Part shown: positions 49,298 through 62,566 of the stretch, piece after piece | Layout of the letters: each line of letters opens with the position of its first letter | Numbering within the stretch: the stretch's first letter is position 1 | Source of the DNA: Felis catus | Taxonomy: Eukaryota | Assembly: GCF_018350175.1 (NCBI RefSeq) | Contig: NC_058373.1 | Span: forward strand, 108,874,001-108,938,000 | Length of the DNA: 64,000 nucleotides | Direction: 5' to 3' | Notes under the pieces: generated by a model | Told to the model about the DNA's origin: nothing | The model's database searches: none | What the model saw: the letters and a program-made list of their open reading frames with translations, nothing else | Position numbers and translations under genes: made by a program

Positions 49298-49866
49298 TCA
49301 TCCTGCATGATAACGAGGTGGTTTCAGGGAGAATAAGATGAATGCCTTCATTAAAGTTCCTGGTGTAGGGATACCTGAGTGGCTCAGTTGGTTAAGCGTT
49401 CAACTTTGGCTCAGGTCATGATCTCATGGTTCACGAGTTTGAGCCCTGCATTGGGCTCTGTGCTGACAGCTCAGATCCTGGAGCCTGCTTCAGATTCTGT
49501 GTCTCCCTCTCTCTCTGCCCCTCCCCCATGTACTCTGTCTCTCTCCCTCAAAAATAATAAATAAACATTAAAAATTTTTTTCATTTTAAAAAAATAATAA
49601 AGTTCCTAGTGTGAATGTTGACCCTTTCTGGCCAGGGTTGTCTGCAAAGTCCCTGGCCAATGTCAACATCAGGAGCCTCATCTGCAACATTGGGGCTGAT
49701 GGATCTGCTCCAGCAAAAGGTCCTGTTCACTGCTGCTCCAGCTGAGTAGAAGAAAGTGGAAGCAAAGAAAGAAGAATCTAAGGAGTCTGATAATGACATG
49801 GCTTTGGTCTTTTTGACCACACCTCTTTTTTAACATGTTCAATAAAAAGTTGAACTCTTAAAAAAA
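49292..49866 (+). pseudogene. RPLP1: Processed pseudogene of RPLP1 (acidic ribosomal protein P1), 5'-truncated and split by a SINE
   Basis: Segments translate to ALILHDNEV, NKMNAFIKVPGV, VNVDPFWPGLSAKSLANVNIRSLICNIGA, AAPAE*KKVEAKKEESKESDNDM and FGLFD; AATAAA at 49841-49846 and A tail at 49860-49866; intronless with stop and frameshifts. Confidence 0.95.
49367..49597 (+). mobile_element. Can-SINE inserted in RPLP1 retrocopy
   Basis: TSD taaagttcctggtgt (49352-49366) / taaagttcctagtgt (49598-49612). Confidence 0.97.
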
Positions 49867-50371
49867 GGGTGGGGGGGGGGGTGTTTGGGTGGAGACAGAA
49901 CTTGCAAGAGGCATAAAAAGGAAATAAGTTCTTCATATAAGAAAAAATCAAGAAAATTATCTGGTAATAAAGAGTAGGAAATATTAGAATTGCATCTAGC
50001 ACTGAAAATATGGGTGTTTAAATACTATATTAGGGTCAGAGGTAGAAATCTTGATCTTTTGAGCAAAATGAAATAATGTGATACTTTTAGAAGGAACATC
50101 ATGCATCTGCAATCTTTTCACCAGACCCATTTTCGGAAGGGATTTTCAAATTTAGACTATGAGATGGAAAGGAGGCAAAAGCTTTTGTCACAACTCAAGA
50201 AATGACTGGTAATAAAATAGTGGTAGCATAAGTTATACCAACATAAATAACAGTGAATGCTGTGTTACTGAAAGCGTTCAAACAGAACTTAAGCAGAACT
50301 TAAGTGACTGTATGTCAGGAGTGCTGTGGAGACTGAAAAATTAGAATAAGTACGTGATTTCTAAGGTTCAC

Positions 50372-50582
50372 TTTATTTTTATTTTTTTAATGTTTGTTTT
50401 GTTTTTGAGAGAGAGAGAGAGAGCATGAGCAGGGGAGGGACAGCAAGAGAGACACAGAGGATCTGAAGCCACCTCTGTGCTGATAGCAGAGAGCCCAGTG
50501 TGGGGCTTAAACTCATGAGCTGTGAGATCATGACCTGAGCCGAAATCAGGAGTTTGATGCTTAACCAACTGGGCCTCCCAGG
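50372..50582 (-). mobile_element. Can-SINE
   Basis: Antisense SINE body 'gagatcatgacctgagccgaaatcagg'; TSD-like ggttcacttt / ggttcatttt. Confidence 0.93.
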
Positions 50583-51089
50583 GGTTCATTTTAAATGCAA
50601 GATATTATTTTTTATCATGTTAATTTCCTTTGTTTATATTGCTTTTCCTGATTCTATTCCTTTTAGTTATAGAAATTTCATTGATTTCCCTTTGTTGTAA
50701 ATATCAATTGTAAGATTTATCACTATGTCTGTGTCTACTACTGCATGGTATTTACTACAGTAAAAATTTTGACTAAGGAAATATAAAAATCTCCTTTCAG
50801 GAGATAACATCTCATTAAATATGCAACATTTGTCAAAAATTTCATGCTATTATAATTGTTTCTTATTACAGAATTAAAATGTATTCTTTGTAGAAAATTT
50901 AGAATTCAAATGAAATATGAATCATCCTGTGGGCTGAGGAGGGAAAATGTTTTTTTAGACTCTTCTCCCTTCCTCTCCTTTCACTTTTTGAAACAGAGGA
51001 TTAATATTATAAGCTATATGGTCTGGAATGCTGCTAGGGCATAGTTTCTAGTGGTCAGAATCACTGTATATTAAAAAGTTCACAACAGG

Positions 51090-51298
51090 GGGGTGCCTGA
51101 GTGGCTCAGGTGGTTAAACTTTGGACTTGATTTCTGCTCAGGTCATGATCTTCTGGTTGTGGGATTGAGCCCTACATTGGGCTCTGCACGCTGAGCATGA
51201 AGCCTGCTTGGGATTTTCTCTCCACCTCTCTCTCTGCCCCTCCCTTGCCCATGCTGTCTCTCTCAAAATAAATAAACGTTTTAAAATAAATAAAAATA
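51090..51298 (+). mobile_element. Older Can-SINE
   Basis: 'ggggtgcctgagtggctcagg...ctcaggtcatgatc...gcctgcttgggatt...aaaataaataaacg'. Confidence 0.93.
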
Positions 51299-51924
51299 AG
51301 AAGGTAAACACAGGATGTGGCTTTTCTTTTTTCCTTACACCTCCAAAAAGGAGACAGCAGTTGTAATTGAATCCAGGCCTTTTATAAGAACTAACATGTT
51401 CACCTCTCTCCTGTTCTTCACCAGAACCTGAAAGGTCCTAAGATGCAGATTGGACTTGGGAGTGGAAGGAAATAGGGATTCAATGGGCATTAGGTTTGGA
51501 GAGATAGTTTAGATCTCTGTCCTGGGCACCAGCCCATTGGGATTTGAGATTTACTGCCAGATAACAAATTTGTTCCTTGGAGGACTTGTTTAGAGAATGG
51601 CTGAAATATCAGTGAAAGTCCAGTATTACTTGATTACTTGGTCACATTTTATCCACTAGCACCATACTTTCACTCTGATGCCTCACAATTCTCTGTACCC
51701 AGAGATAATTACTAGAACACCTTAATGCATGACCTTTCTGTCTTCCTTCTATGATATGAGTCCAGGAAGTTGTGTTTTTTTTTTTTTACAATGTAATCTT
51801 CCAAAGTATATATTTTTAATATTTATAATTTAGCAATTGTTTTACATGTTAAATATATTTCATAACATAATTTTAAAAGTTTCTTTCTGTTTGTACCTAA
51901 TTATTGGACACATGAGAGACAAAC

Positions 51925-52432
51925 ATTGTTAGTACCTACCCAAAGGCTACTCTCTCTCCTTTTCCTGACAATTTAACCCTGATTTTGATTGGGGTTGCTG
52001 TGTGTTTAGCCCCTAGGAAATGATTCAAGATTGTTCCAAATTAATAATGAAAATTCTGTCTCTTTTTCCAGGTACTCACTTTCCCAGCCTCCTTGCAGCT
52101 AAAATTTGCCATGTGGCCACTTCTGGCAAACAAGAAGTAAGGGCAAATCTGCTGAGATAAGGAGACTTCTGGGAAATATTGCCCTCACTCTATGATGAAT
52201 TGAAAGTTTCATCTACCATTTACTTCTTTTTCTCCAGGCATGTTGCTTGAATCTGTGGTCCTAACTTTACGGCCAAGTGAAAATAAGACTGAGATAATGC
52301 TGTCAAATGAGGATGGCAGACAAGGATAGAAATAGCCTGTTCCTCCATAAGATCACAGAAATAAACTAGGAATAGACTATCTCCAGACTATGAATATGGT
52401 TTTCTGTGTCTTGCAGCTAAGTATAACCTATG
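51925..52432 (+). mobile_element. Old MaLR LTR (MLT1I/J-like)
   Basis: 'aaccctgattttgatt', 'actttcccagcctccttgcagcta', 'gacttctgggaaa', 'tttctgtgtcttgcagctaa'. Confidence 0.7.
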
Positions 52433-53035
52433 ATGTTTCAAATATTTCCCTTTTATAAACAGAGAGCTTTGATGAACATTTACATACATAATCTATGATT
52501 ATGTCTTCATGATAAATTCCTAAAGATAAAATTATTAATTTATAGAAAATGCAAAACATTAAGGCTTTTGCTATATATTACCAAGTGCCCTCAAGACAGT
52601 AAAAAATGAGGATTCAGTAAACATTATAGAAACTCTTTTAAAAATGAAATTTTACCAAATAAAAAAGTTAATCTTCCCGAAAAAGAACCTATACCTCTAA
52701 AACTTCCTGGAAAGTCCAGCAAAATTCTAAAAGAAAACAGGGGGTCCATAAAGTCTGTAACACATAATCAAATATGTATAATGTTGTGAAGGACATCTTC
52801 AATCTGTAAATGCATACATACATAAAGTAATCTTCTAACCTCCACCCTTGTGGATACCAGGTAGAACTATCAACTGACAATGCTGTTGTATTTTTTTTTA
52901 TTCCGGTATAGTTAACATATAGTGTTATATTAGTTTCAGTGTTCATCATGGTAAGTGTACTCTTAGTCTCCCATCTCCCCACCGACCTCCCTTCTAATAA
53001 CTCCTTTAAAAATGTTCTCTGTAGTTAGTACTCTG

Positions 53036-53068
<33 letters not shown>

Positions 53069-53614
53069 GTCTGTATCTTTGTTTCATCTCATTTGTTTTG
53101 TTTCTTAAACTCCACATATGAGTGAAATATATGGTATTTGTCTTTCTCTGAATGACTCATTTCACTTAGCAGTATACCCTCTAGACTAACGTACCATATT
53201 GTTGCAAATGGCAAGGTTTCATTATTTGTATGGCTGAGTAATATTCTATTGTACATATATACCACATCTTCTATATCCATTCATCTATCAATAGACACGT
53301 GTTTCTTCCATAATTTGGCTATTATAAATAATGCTGGTATAAACATAGGGGTGACTATATCTTTTCAAATTAGTGTTTTCATGGTGGGGGGGGGTAAATA
53401 TCCAATAGTGGAATTACTGGATCATATGATAATTCTATTTTCAACTTTTTGAGGAACCTCCATACTGTTTTCCACAATGGCTGCAACAGTATGCACTCCC
53501 CCAACAGTGCATGAGAATTCCTTTTTCTCCACATCCTGGTCAACACCTGTTGTTCTTGTGTTTTTTATTTTAGCCATTTTGACAGGTATGAGGTGATAGC
53601 TTATTGTAGGTTTG

Positions 53615-53808
53615 TTTTGTTTTGTTTTTTAGAAAGAGAGCACACATGAGCTGGGGAGAAGGGCAGAAGGGGATGGAGAGAGAATCTCAAGCAGGCTCCT
53701 TGTCTAGTGCAGAGTCCAATGTGGGGCTTAATCCCATAACCTAGGAATCATGACATGAGCTGAAATCAAGAGCTGGATGCTCAACTGACTGAGCCACCCA
53801 GGTGACCC
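53615..53808 (-). mobile_element. Can-SINE nested in L1 ORF2 3' part
   Basis: Antisense SINE; TSD-like ttattgtaggtttg / tcattgtagttttg. Confidence 0.93.
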
Positions 53809-55039
53809 TCTCATTGTAGTTTTGATTTGCATTTCCCTGATGGTGAGTGATGGTGAGCATCTTTTCATGTGTCTTTTGGCCATCTGTATGTCTTCTTTGG
53901 AGAAATGTCTTTTCATGTCTTCTGAACATTTTTAATTGGATTATTTGGTTTTTTTTGGTATTGAGTTGTATAAGTTCTTTATATATTTTGGATGCTAACC
54001 CTTTATAGGGTATTCCATTTGCAAATATCTTCTCTCATTCAATAGGTTGTCCTTTAGTTTTGTTGATTATTTCCTCTGCTGTGCAAAAGCTTTTAATTTT
54101 GATGTAGTCCCAATAGTTTATTTTTGCTTTTGTTTCCCTTGCTTCAGGAGACATATCTAGAAAAATGTTTCTATTGCTGATGTCAGAAAAATTACTGCCT
54201 GTGTTCTCTTCTAGAAGCTATATGGCTATTCAGGTCTCACAGTTAGATCTTTCATCCATTTGAAGGGTTTTTGTGTGTGCATGATATAAGAGAGTGGTTC
54301 AGTTTTATTATTTTTGGTGCAGTCTGCTGGGACTGTTTTTTTTTTTTTAATTTCTCATTCTGCTACTTCATCAGTAGTGCATAGAAGTGCAATAGATTTC
54401 TGTATATTGATTTTGTATCCTGCAGCCTTACTGAATTCATTTATCAGTTCTAGTAGTTTTTTGGTAACGTCTTTAGAGTTTTCTATATATATTATTATGT
54501 CATCTGCAAATGGCAGAAGTTTTACTTCTTCCTCACCAATTTAGATGACTTTTATTTCTTTTTGTTGTCCAGTTGCTGTGGCTAGGACTTCTAGTATTGT
54601 GTTGCATAAAAGCGGTGAGTTGACATCCTTCTCTTGCTCTTGATCTTAGAGGAAAGATTGCCAGTTTTTCACCATTAAGTATGACATTAGCTGTGGGTTT
54701 TTTCATGTAAGAGCTTTATTATGTTGAGGTATGTTCTCTCTAAACCTCCTTTGTTGGGGGTTTTTATCATAAATGGATGTTTGACTTTGTCAGATGCTTT
54801 TTCTGCATCTATTGAAATGATCATATGGTTTTTATCCTCTTATGTGATGTATTAGGTTGATTGGTTTGAACATACTGAGCCACCGTTTAAATGCCACTTG
54901 ATTCTGGTGAATGATATTTTAATGTATTGTTCGATTATGTTTGCTAATATTTTATTGAAGATTTTTGCATTTATGTTCATCAGACATATTGGTCTCAATT
55001 TGTCCTCTCTCATTCTCTGTCTCTCTGTCTCTCTCTGTC

Positions 55040-55074
<35 letters not shown>

Positions 55075-55578
55075 GTAGTGTCTAGTTTTGGTATCAGGGT
55101 AATGCACACTTCATAGAATGAAATGGAAGCTCTCCTTTGTCTTCTATTTTTTGAGTAGTTTGAGAAGGATAGGTATTAACTTGTCTTTAAGTATTGGTAG
55201 AATTCACCTGCAAATCCATCTGCTCCTGGACTTTTATTTGTTGGAAGTTTTTTGATTAGTGTTCAATCATTGCTGGTAAACAGTCTGTTCAATTATTTTC
55301 TATTTCTTGCTCATTCAGTTTGGGAAATTATATGTTTCTAGGAATTAATCCATTTCTTCTTCTCTGGGTTATCTAATTTGTTTTCATATAATTTTTCATA
55401 ATATTTCCTTATAATTGTTTGTATCTCTGTGGTATTGGTTGTCATTTCTCCTCTTTTACTTTTGATTTTGTTTACTTGAGTTCTGTCTTCCTCTCTCTTT
55501 TGATGAGTCCTGCTAAAGGTTTATCAATTTTGTTGATCTTTCAAAGAACCAGTTCCTGGTATTGATCTGTTATGGTGG

Positions 55579-55609
<31 letters not shown>

Positions 55610-57212
55610 GTTTGTTTCTATTTCATTTATTTCTGCTTTAATCTTTATTGTTTCTTCTACTTGTTTTGAGTTTTGTTTATTCTTTTTCTAGCTCCTTTAG
55701 GTATAAGGTTAGGTTGTTTATTTGATATTATTCTTGCTTCTTGAGGTAGGACTGTATTGCTATAAACTTCCCTCTTAGAATGCTTTTGCTGCATCCCAAA
55801 TTTTTGGGATCATTGTGTTTTCATTTTCGTTGGTCCATATATTTTTTAATTTACTCTAACTTACTGATTGACCCATTCATTGTGTAGTAGCATATTACTT
55901 AACCTCCATGTATTTGTGTTATTTCCAGAGTTTTTCTTGTTACTGATTCCTAGTTCCATAGCTTTGTGATTAAAAAAAAAAAAAGGTACACAATATGACT
56001 TCCATCTTTTTGTATTTGTTGAGTCTTTTTTTTTGTGTGACCTAATATGTGATCTATTCTGGAGAATGTTCCATTTGCACTTGAAAAGAATGAATATTCT
56101 CCTGTTTTAGAATAGAACTTTCCAAATATATCCGTTAGATTCATGACATCCAGTGTGTCATTTAAAGACATCATTTCCTTGTTGATTTTCTGTTGGTTGA
56201 TCTATCCATTGACGTAACAGTTCTCCTACTATTACTTTATTGCTATCAATTACTTCTTTCATGTTTGTTATTAGCAGCTTATATATTTGGATGCTTTCAT
56301 GTTGGGTGCATAAATATTTACAAGTGTGATATCTTCTTGTTAGGTTGTTCCTTTTATGATCATATGGTGTCCTTCTTTGTGTCTTGGCACAGTCTTTGTT
56401 TTAAAATGTATTTTGTTTGATGTAAGTTTTGCTACCCTGATTTTCTTTTCACTTCCATTTGTATAATAAATGCTTTTCCATCCCTTTATTTGCAATCTGC
56501 GTGTGTCTTTAGGTCTGAAATGAGTCTCTTCTAGGAATCATATACATGGGTCTTGCTTTTTTTTATCCATTCCATTACCTTATATCTTTTGGTTGGAGCA
56601 TTTAGTACATTTGTATTCAAAGTAATTATTGATAGGTATGCACTTACTGCCATTTTGTTATTTATTTTATAGTTGTTTTTCTAGTTCTTATCTGTTTCTT
56701 GCTCTCTTCTCTCATCATTTCCTGGCTTTCTTTAGTAATATATTTGAATTCCTTTCTCTTTATTTTTTGAATATCTATTACCAGTTTTTAATTTGTGGTT
56801 GCCATTAGGTTTATATTAAGTTGATGGTCACTTAAGTTTGAACCTATTTTAAAGGCACTAAGTTTTTATTCCCCCACCATGTTTTAGGTATTATGGTGTC
56901 ATACTTTACAACCTTTTATTTTGTGAATTAAGATATACTTAATTTTACTGCTTTTGTCTTTCCTACCTTTCTTACTTCTGCTTATGGTCTTTTCTTTCCA
57001 CTCAAAAACACCCTTTGACATTTCTTATATGGCTGGTTTAGTGATCATGAATTCCTTTAACTTTTGTTTGTCTGGGAAACTATTTCTCTTCTTCTGAATG
57101 ATAGCCTTTCTGGATAGAGTATTTATTCTTGGTTGCAGCGTTGTTTTTTTCATTCAGTATTTTGAATACATCATACCATTCCTTTCTGGCCTGCAGAGTT
57201 TCTGCTAAAAAA

Positions 57213-57686
57213 TCAGCTGATAGCCTTATGGGGATTTCTTTTGTATGTAACTATTTTCTTTTCTCTTGATGCTTTTAATATTCTCTCTTTACCACTGCTT
57301 TTTGCCTGTTTAATTACTATGTGTCTTGGTGTAGACCTCCTTGGGTTGACTTTTTGGGGGAGTTCTCTATGCCTTCTGGATCTGGATTTCTGTTTCCTCC
57401 ACAGACTTGGGAATTTTTCAGCTATTATTTCTTCAAATAAATTTTCTGCTACTTTCCCTTTTTCTCCTCCTTCTGAGATTCCTATAATACAAATGTCGTT
57501 ATGCTTGATGTCACTGAGTTCCCTAAGTCTGTTTTCCTTTTTTATTATTATCTTTTCTCTCTCCTGTTCAGCTTGACTGCTTTCCCTTACTCTGTCCTTC
57601 AGGTCACTGATCTGTTCTTCTGCTTCCTCTAGTCTACTATTTATTCCCTTTAGTGTATTTTTAATTTCAGTTATTGAGTTCTTCAT
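57213..57686 (-). pseudogene. L1 ORF1p remnant (coiled-coil into RRM region)
   Basis: 157-aa frame 'INSRLEEAEEQISDLKDR...NDICIIGISEG...NLFEEIIAEKFPSL...TPRHIVIK...KERILKASREK' is typical ORF1p. Confidence 0.93.
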
Positions 57687-59343
57687 CTCTGATTAGTTCT
57701 TTTCTGTTTTCTATCTCTTTGTCAAGGTTCTCACTGGGGTCCTCCACTCTTTTCTCCAGTCCAATGAGTATCTTTATGACCATACTTTAAATTTTCTGCC
57801 AGACATGTTACTTGGCTTTGTTCTGTTTAACTCTCTTGCTGTGATTATTCTTTAATTTGGGATATATTCCTCTGTCTCCTCATTTTGTCTAATTCTCTGT
57901 GTCTATTTATATGTGTTAAGAAAGTCAGCTATGTCTCCTACTCTTGAAAGTGATAGCCTTATGAAGAAGAGGCCCTAGTGTGCCCTGGCAGTGCAATGTA
58001 CCCTGTGCACCAGACCTGGCAGTTTAGAGGTGTCTCCTATGTGTGTTGTGTGTGCCCTACTGTTGTAGCTAAGCCACATTTGCTTTCATTCTAGCTGTAT
58101 GCAATGTATGCCTTTGCCTATTGGGGGGAAGGCTTTGATCATTGTGTTGTTAGTGGGGCAATCTGGGGCTGCCTTGGACTTAAGTTGAGTCAGACCAGGC
58201 AATTTCCAGAGATGCAGTAGGACCAACTACAGGGTGCTTTCTCTGTGTTGTTCCCTGAGAAGCTTTCACTAGTGGGTGGGGACTGTAGTCAGATTTGATA
58301 TCTGCCACCAGGACACTGCTGGGGCCCCAGTGGGACTAGTGTAGGTGGTTATCCTCCCTTCTCCCTGGGGCAGGAGTCACTTTGGAATGATGCCAGCTCC
58401 TGTCATTGTTGCTTGCACACTGCCAGTTTTATGGTACTGCTTTGGATGGTCTCTGGCCAAGGGCATATTGGAGGGGGCAGGTCCACAGGAGAACATGGAG
58501 GTGGGGTGCATACTGCCGACAAGGTCCATGCAGGTCAGCTGTGGAAAAGGACCTGCAGAAGTCTGGGAAAACTCTGCTAAGGCAGGCGAGGTTGGAAAGG
58601 GGCAGATTTGCAGAAGCTTGTTGGGGTGCAGTGTGCTGTTAGCACGCCAGATGGAGAGTGTTGGTGCTATGGCTGGTTCCCACAGGTGTCCACATGTCTA
58701 GGCTGGAGTGCAGGGAAAGCAAAATGGCACCTGCCAGCTTTTTTGTTGTTAGAGAAACTTCCCAAATATCCCTGCTCCTACAGGACAAACTCTGAGATTA
58801 TTAAATAAATATCCTTCCCACAAACCCCAAGCATTTTTTAAATTGTTGCTTCTATGCCGTATCTCAGCAGGGCTCTTTGTTGTGCTGTCTCTTTAAAGGC
58901 CTTTAAGGGTGGGGACTCAGTTTCCTGGGCTCTCTCCAAGAGCCAAGTGTACTGATTTTTAAAGTTCCAGGTGTTAGGCCCACTGATTGTAAGAACTCAT
59001 GCAGTTAAGCCCCTCTGATTTTTAAAGCCAGATGTTATAAGGATTGGTCTTCCCAATGTGAGTCCTTCATGCTTGGAGTGCCTGTGGTGGGGGGTGGGGG
59101 GAGGTCTTCTCTTCTCCCTTCTCTGCACCAGCAGCATCCCTGCCTCTTCTAAGCAGTCCATGGGTCCATTTGTCTTCCAACCCGTCTTCACCCTTCCTAT
59201 CCACTTCAATGTGGCCTTTTCTCTACATTTAGCTGTGTAGAGTCTGTTCTGCCAGTCTTTGGGTTGTTTTCTGTGTTATTTACATTAATGTGGTTATGTA
59301 GTTGTTTCTGTGGAATGAGGTGAGCTTAAGATCCTCGTACTCT

Positions 59344-59352
59344 GCCATCTTC
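59344..59352 (-). promoter_or_regulatory. YY1-like motif at L1 5' terminus
   Basis: 'AAGATGGC' on the minus strand about 10 nt from the L1 5' end, the usual position in mammalian L1 promoters. Confidence 0.5.
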
Positions 59353-60404
59353 CCCGGAAGTTCAACTGACAATGCTGTTTGAGTTCAGAGTTCAAGTACC
59401 TCCATTAGCATGTACAGGAACAGCTGCTCCATAGCACAGCACAACTCTGTGCCTAATGTGCTTGTCCCCTGAAGACTGTCACAAGAGAGCCTGAAAAAAT
59501 AAAACTGTCTCTGGAATTCTACTCTCATACACATAGGGCTGAGTTTCTGAACTTAAAAATCCCCCTGCTCTATCCTCGCAGTCTTTCTCCTCTGGTAAAG
59601 GTCATTTCAAAGAGTTGTAAATCCAAATGTCAGCAGTAGCATACTAAGTCCAGTGAACATGGTGGGTAAACATACGGCAGGCTGATTACTCCAATATAGC
59701 TCAAATTAATGACACAGCAGAACCCCATTATCAGGTTAGTTAACTGAGAGGTAAAAGAAAGGTGGAAGGTACACAATGTCCTTTTGATGAGTTTTTATTT
59801 GTTGATCTCTGCACTATAGCTCTGTTTGATGGGTCTATTCTTCCCTGTACCCCACTGTAACTATCCCTAAATCTAAACTTATATGCTAATATATGTTTAA
59901 AGATGATTTGGGGGCCTTAAAATGTCATTTTTCCTAAAAAAACAATTTATTTCCAGTTCCTCTGGAGTCATAGTAATACACAATATTTCCATATTATCTA
60001 TCTGCTGTAATAAGAGTAACATGTTCATTCCTACCATTCCTGACTGCTCTCTTTAATAAAGTGGGCCTATTTAATTCTAGCTATATATTCATTAACATCA
60101 TGGGATGTGAGGTTAATGAAACATGGGGTATGGTGAGACCAGGGATGTAAGGCAAGCACTATGAAGAACACAGTATTTGGCATATTGACATAGGAATAAA
60201 GGACAACATGAGACAGTTACAGTCTGGTAAGGTTGAGAGAAGAAAAAAAAATATGTCCACTTTTCTAAAATGTTTAAACTCAACTCTAAAAGCATGGTTG
60301 CTGTTGTCATTGTTGTTAAAAGAAATGTACCAAGGGCCCACAGCATGATTTGAGAGATATCAACATGGTCTTTGATCTTGAAATATTTACAACTGAGAAG
60401 AAAG

Positions 60405-60665
60405 TGCAGTTACATCAAGAGAGTTAAACTATGATGTGTACACATGGTGAAGACCATGCAAAGACTGGAGTTATGCTGCCATAGCCAAGGAACAACAGAA
60501 GCTAGGGTTAGAGAGCTGGAACAGATACTCCAGAGGGAGCATGGCCACACCTTCACTTGAGCTTCTGGCCTCCAAAAATGTGAGGCAGTGAATTCCTGTG
60601 GCCCTGGTTTTTCTTTGCAGCCCAGTTTTTGGTACATAGTTAAGCAGCCCTAGAAAACTACTACA
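60405..60665 (+). mobile_element. MaLR MLT1 LTR 3' half
   Basis: 'gactggagttatgctgccatagccaagg', 'gagggagcatggcc', 'cttctggcctcca', 'gcagccctagaaaactactaca'. Confidence 0.85.
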
Positions 60666-60879
60666 ACTGTGTTCTCTATAATACTTCTCACCATCTGAAA
60701 GTCACTTTATTTATTTATGCATTTACATTCTTTCTTCTCCACAGAATATTTCATAAGAGTAAAATATCCACAGCACTGTTCTGGGTGCTAGGGATTCATA
60801 GATGGATGAAATATAATTTTTATCCTTGAAGGACTTAAAGTATATAATTTGTAATTATATCATTTGTAAAGCATTTATA

Positions 60880-61565
60880 TATTCATTAATTGAACAAATA
60901 TTAAGTAGTACATATTCCAGGTACTGCTATAAATTCTGATGTCACAGTGCAGAATGAGAGCTTACATTCTGCAAGGGAGAAAGATAAATAAAAAGATACA
61001 AACAGGAGAAAGAATATAAAACAAAGTAATAAGATAGTGACTGAATTCTGAGGAAAGTTTAAGTTGATTGGTCAAGAAAGGTCAGTCAGAAATAAATCAG
61101 GTCTCTTTAAGAAGCAGCAATAAGGTGTGTATTTAGATCAGGTGACTGAAGCAATGGATGAGAGTAATGAGAAGGAGAGGAGCAGGTGTTTGATCTCATA
61201 GAGCCTATAAACTATAGACAGGGTATGGATTTTATTCTAAGCACCACAGACAGTCATAAGGAGTTTGCAGTTCAGAGTTTGCCATGTTCTGAATTATTTT
61301 CTAAAAATATCACGCTGGCTTCTGTATGGTAAAGAAACTGTAGGGAGTCTAAAAGCAGAAAGATTATTTAGAGGGCTGTTGCCGGAACACAGACAAGAGA
61401 TGATTTGGGCTTTGTTTAGGGTGATGGCAGCAGAAGTGATGAGAAAAGTATAGGTTATTAGTGTATTTTGGAGGTATAGCTAATAGGACTAGCTGTTGTT
61501 TGGAAGACAGAGGTGCTGGAAAATAATAAATCAGAAGTGATTCGTAGGTTGCTTCATGATCTGTC
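60880..61565 (-). mobile_element. L2 fragment
   Basis: 'ttcattaattgaacaaatatt...ccaggtactgcta', 'ggattttattctaag', 'gatggcagcagaagtgatgagaa'. Confidence 0.7.
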
Positions 61566-61916
61566 ACAAAATAAAACCAAACTATATTGATTGCATGACA
61601 GTTCTTTAATTAAGAAGAGTTTACTTGATGTTTATATAGAAGAGGATGAGTAGGTGTTTGAGCTAGATGATCATTAAGGTCTTTTACAACCTTGAGTGTC
61701 AATGATCCTAATGATCAAAGCAAAGCTGCTATTCTGCTATTGGTCAGTCCACTCCAGGAATTGAGGATCCCATGCAGTGAGAACATAGTTGGGACTAGGA
61801 TGGAGATTCCATCCATACTGGATGCATGTTATACATCAGTTTTTCAATTCCCCATGACAACACTTTGCTTAATCACTGTCATTTACATTTTCTGGCTGCC
61901 CCTGGGTTCTAGTCTT

Positions 61917-62166
61917 TTTTTTCTTTTTCATTTCTTTTCTTTTCTTTTTTTTTTTTTTAGAGAGAGAGAGACTGTGCTCAAGGAGGGGAGAGGGGCAGGG
62001 GGAGAGAGAGTGAGAGAGAGGGAGAGAATGAGAATGAATGAATCTTAAGCAGGCTCCATGCCCAGTGTGGAGCCCAATGCAGGGCTGAATCCTACGATCC
62101 TGGGATCATGGCCTGAGCTGAAATCAAGAGTCTGAGGCTTAACCGACTGGGTCACCCAGGCACCCC
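61917..62166 (-). mobile_element. Older Can-SINE
   Basis: Antisense SINE; TSD-like cctgggttctagtctt / cctgtgttccagtctt. Confidence 0.94.
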
Positions 62167-62376
62167 GCCTCCTGTGTTCCAGTCTTAATGTTAAATGTTT
62201 TACATGTGTTACCACATAATGTTCACAAAAATGCCACACAGCAAGTAAAATTATCCTTCTCGTACAAATCAGTCAATTGATTCTGAAAAGGCAGATGTCC
62301 AAGGTAATATTTCCAAGACCTTAGAGATAAAGAGTGTCATAACCACAGTTTTAACCTAAATCTAACTTTTAAGACT

Positions 62377-62566
62377 TGTTTTTTAATGTCTATTTATTTT
62401 TGAGAGAGTGCAAGTCGGGGAAGTGCAGAGAGAGGAGGACAGAGGATCTGAAGTGGGCTCTGAACTGACAGCAGCGAGCCTGATGTGGGGCTCAAACTTA
62501 CTAACCTTAAGATCATGATCTGAGCTGAAGTCAGACATTCAACCAAGTGAGCCACCCAGGTGCCCC
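62377..62566 (-). mobile_element. Can-SINE
   Basis: 'agaggatctgaagtgggctctg...ctgagctgaagtcagac...gagccacccaggtgcccc'. Confidence 0.93.

Larger units (their letters stand above)
52888..59361 (-). mobile_element. Near full-length, inactive carnivore L1 (5'UTR, ORF1, spacer, deleted ORF2, 3'UTR)
   Basis: Perfect 18-bp TSD tcaactgacaatgctgtt at 52870-52887 and 59362-59379. 5' end 'acttccggggaagatggcagag'; ORF1 start ~57883; ORF2 start at 56653 (MAVSAYLSIITLNTNVLNAPTKR); many frameshifts. Confidence 0.97.

Noticed and set aside
49867..49892. G-rich tract after the RPLP1 tail (possible G-quadruplex)
   Set aside because: Mostly one homopolymer run with no supporting context.
58345..58808. Overlapping GC-richer ORFs antisense to the L1 5'UTR (ORF0-like idea)
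   Set aside because: Alternative start codons, a decayed element and no homology; ORF0 is a primate L1 feature.
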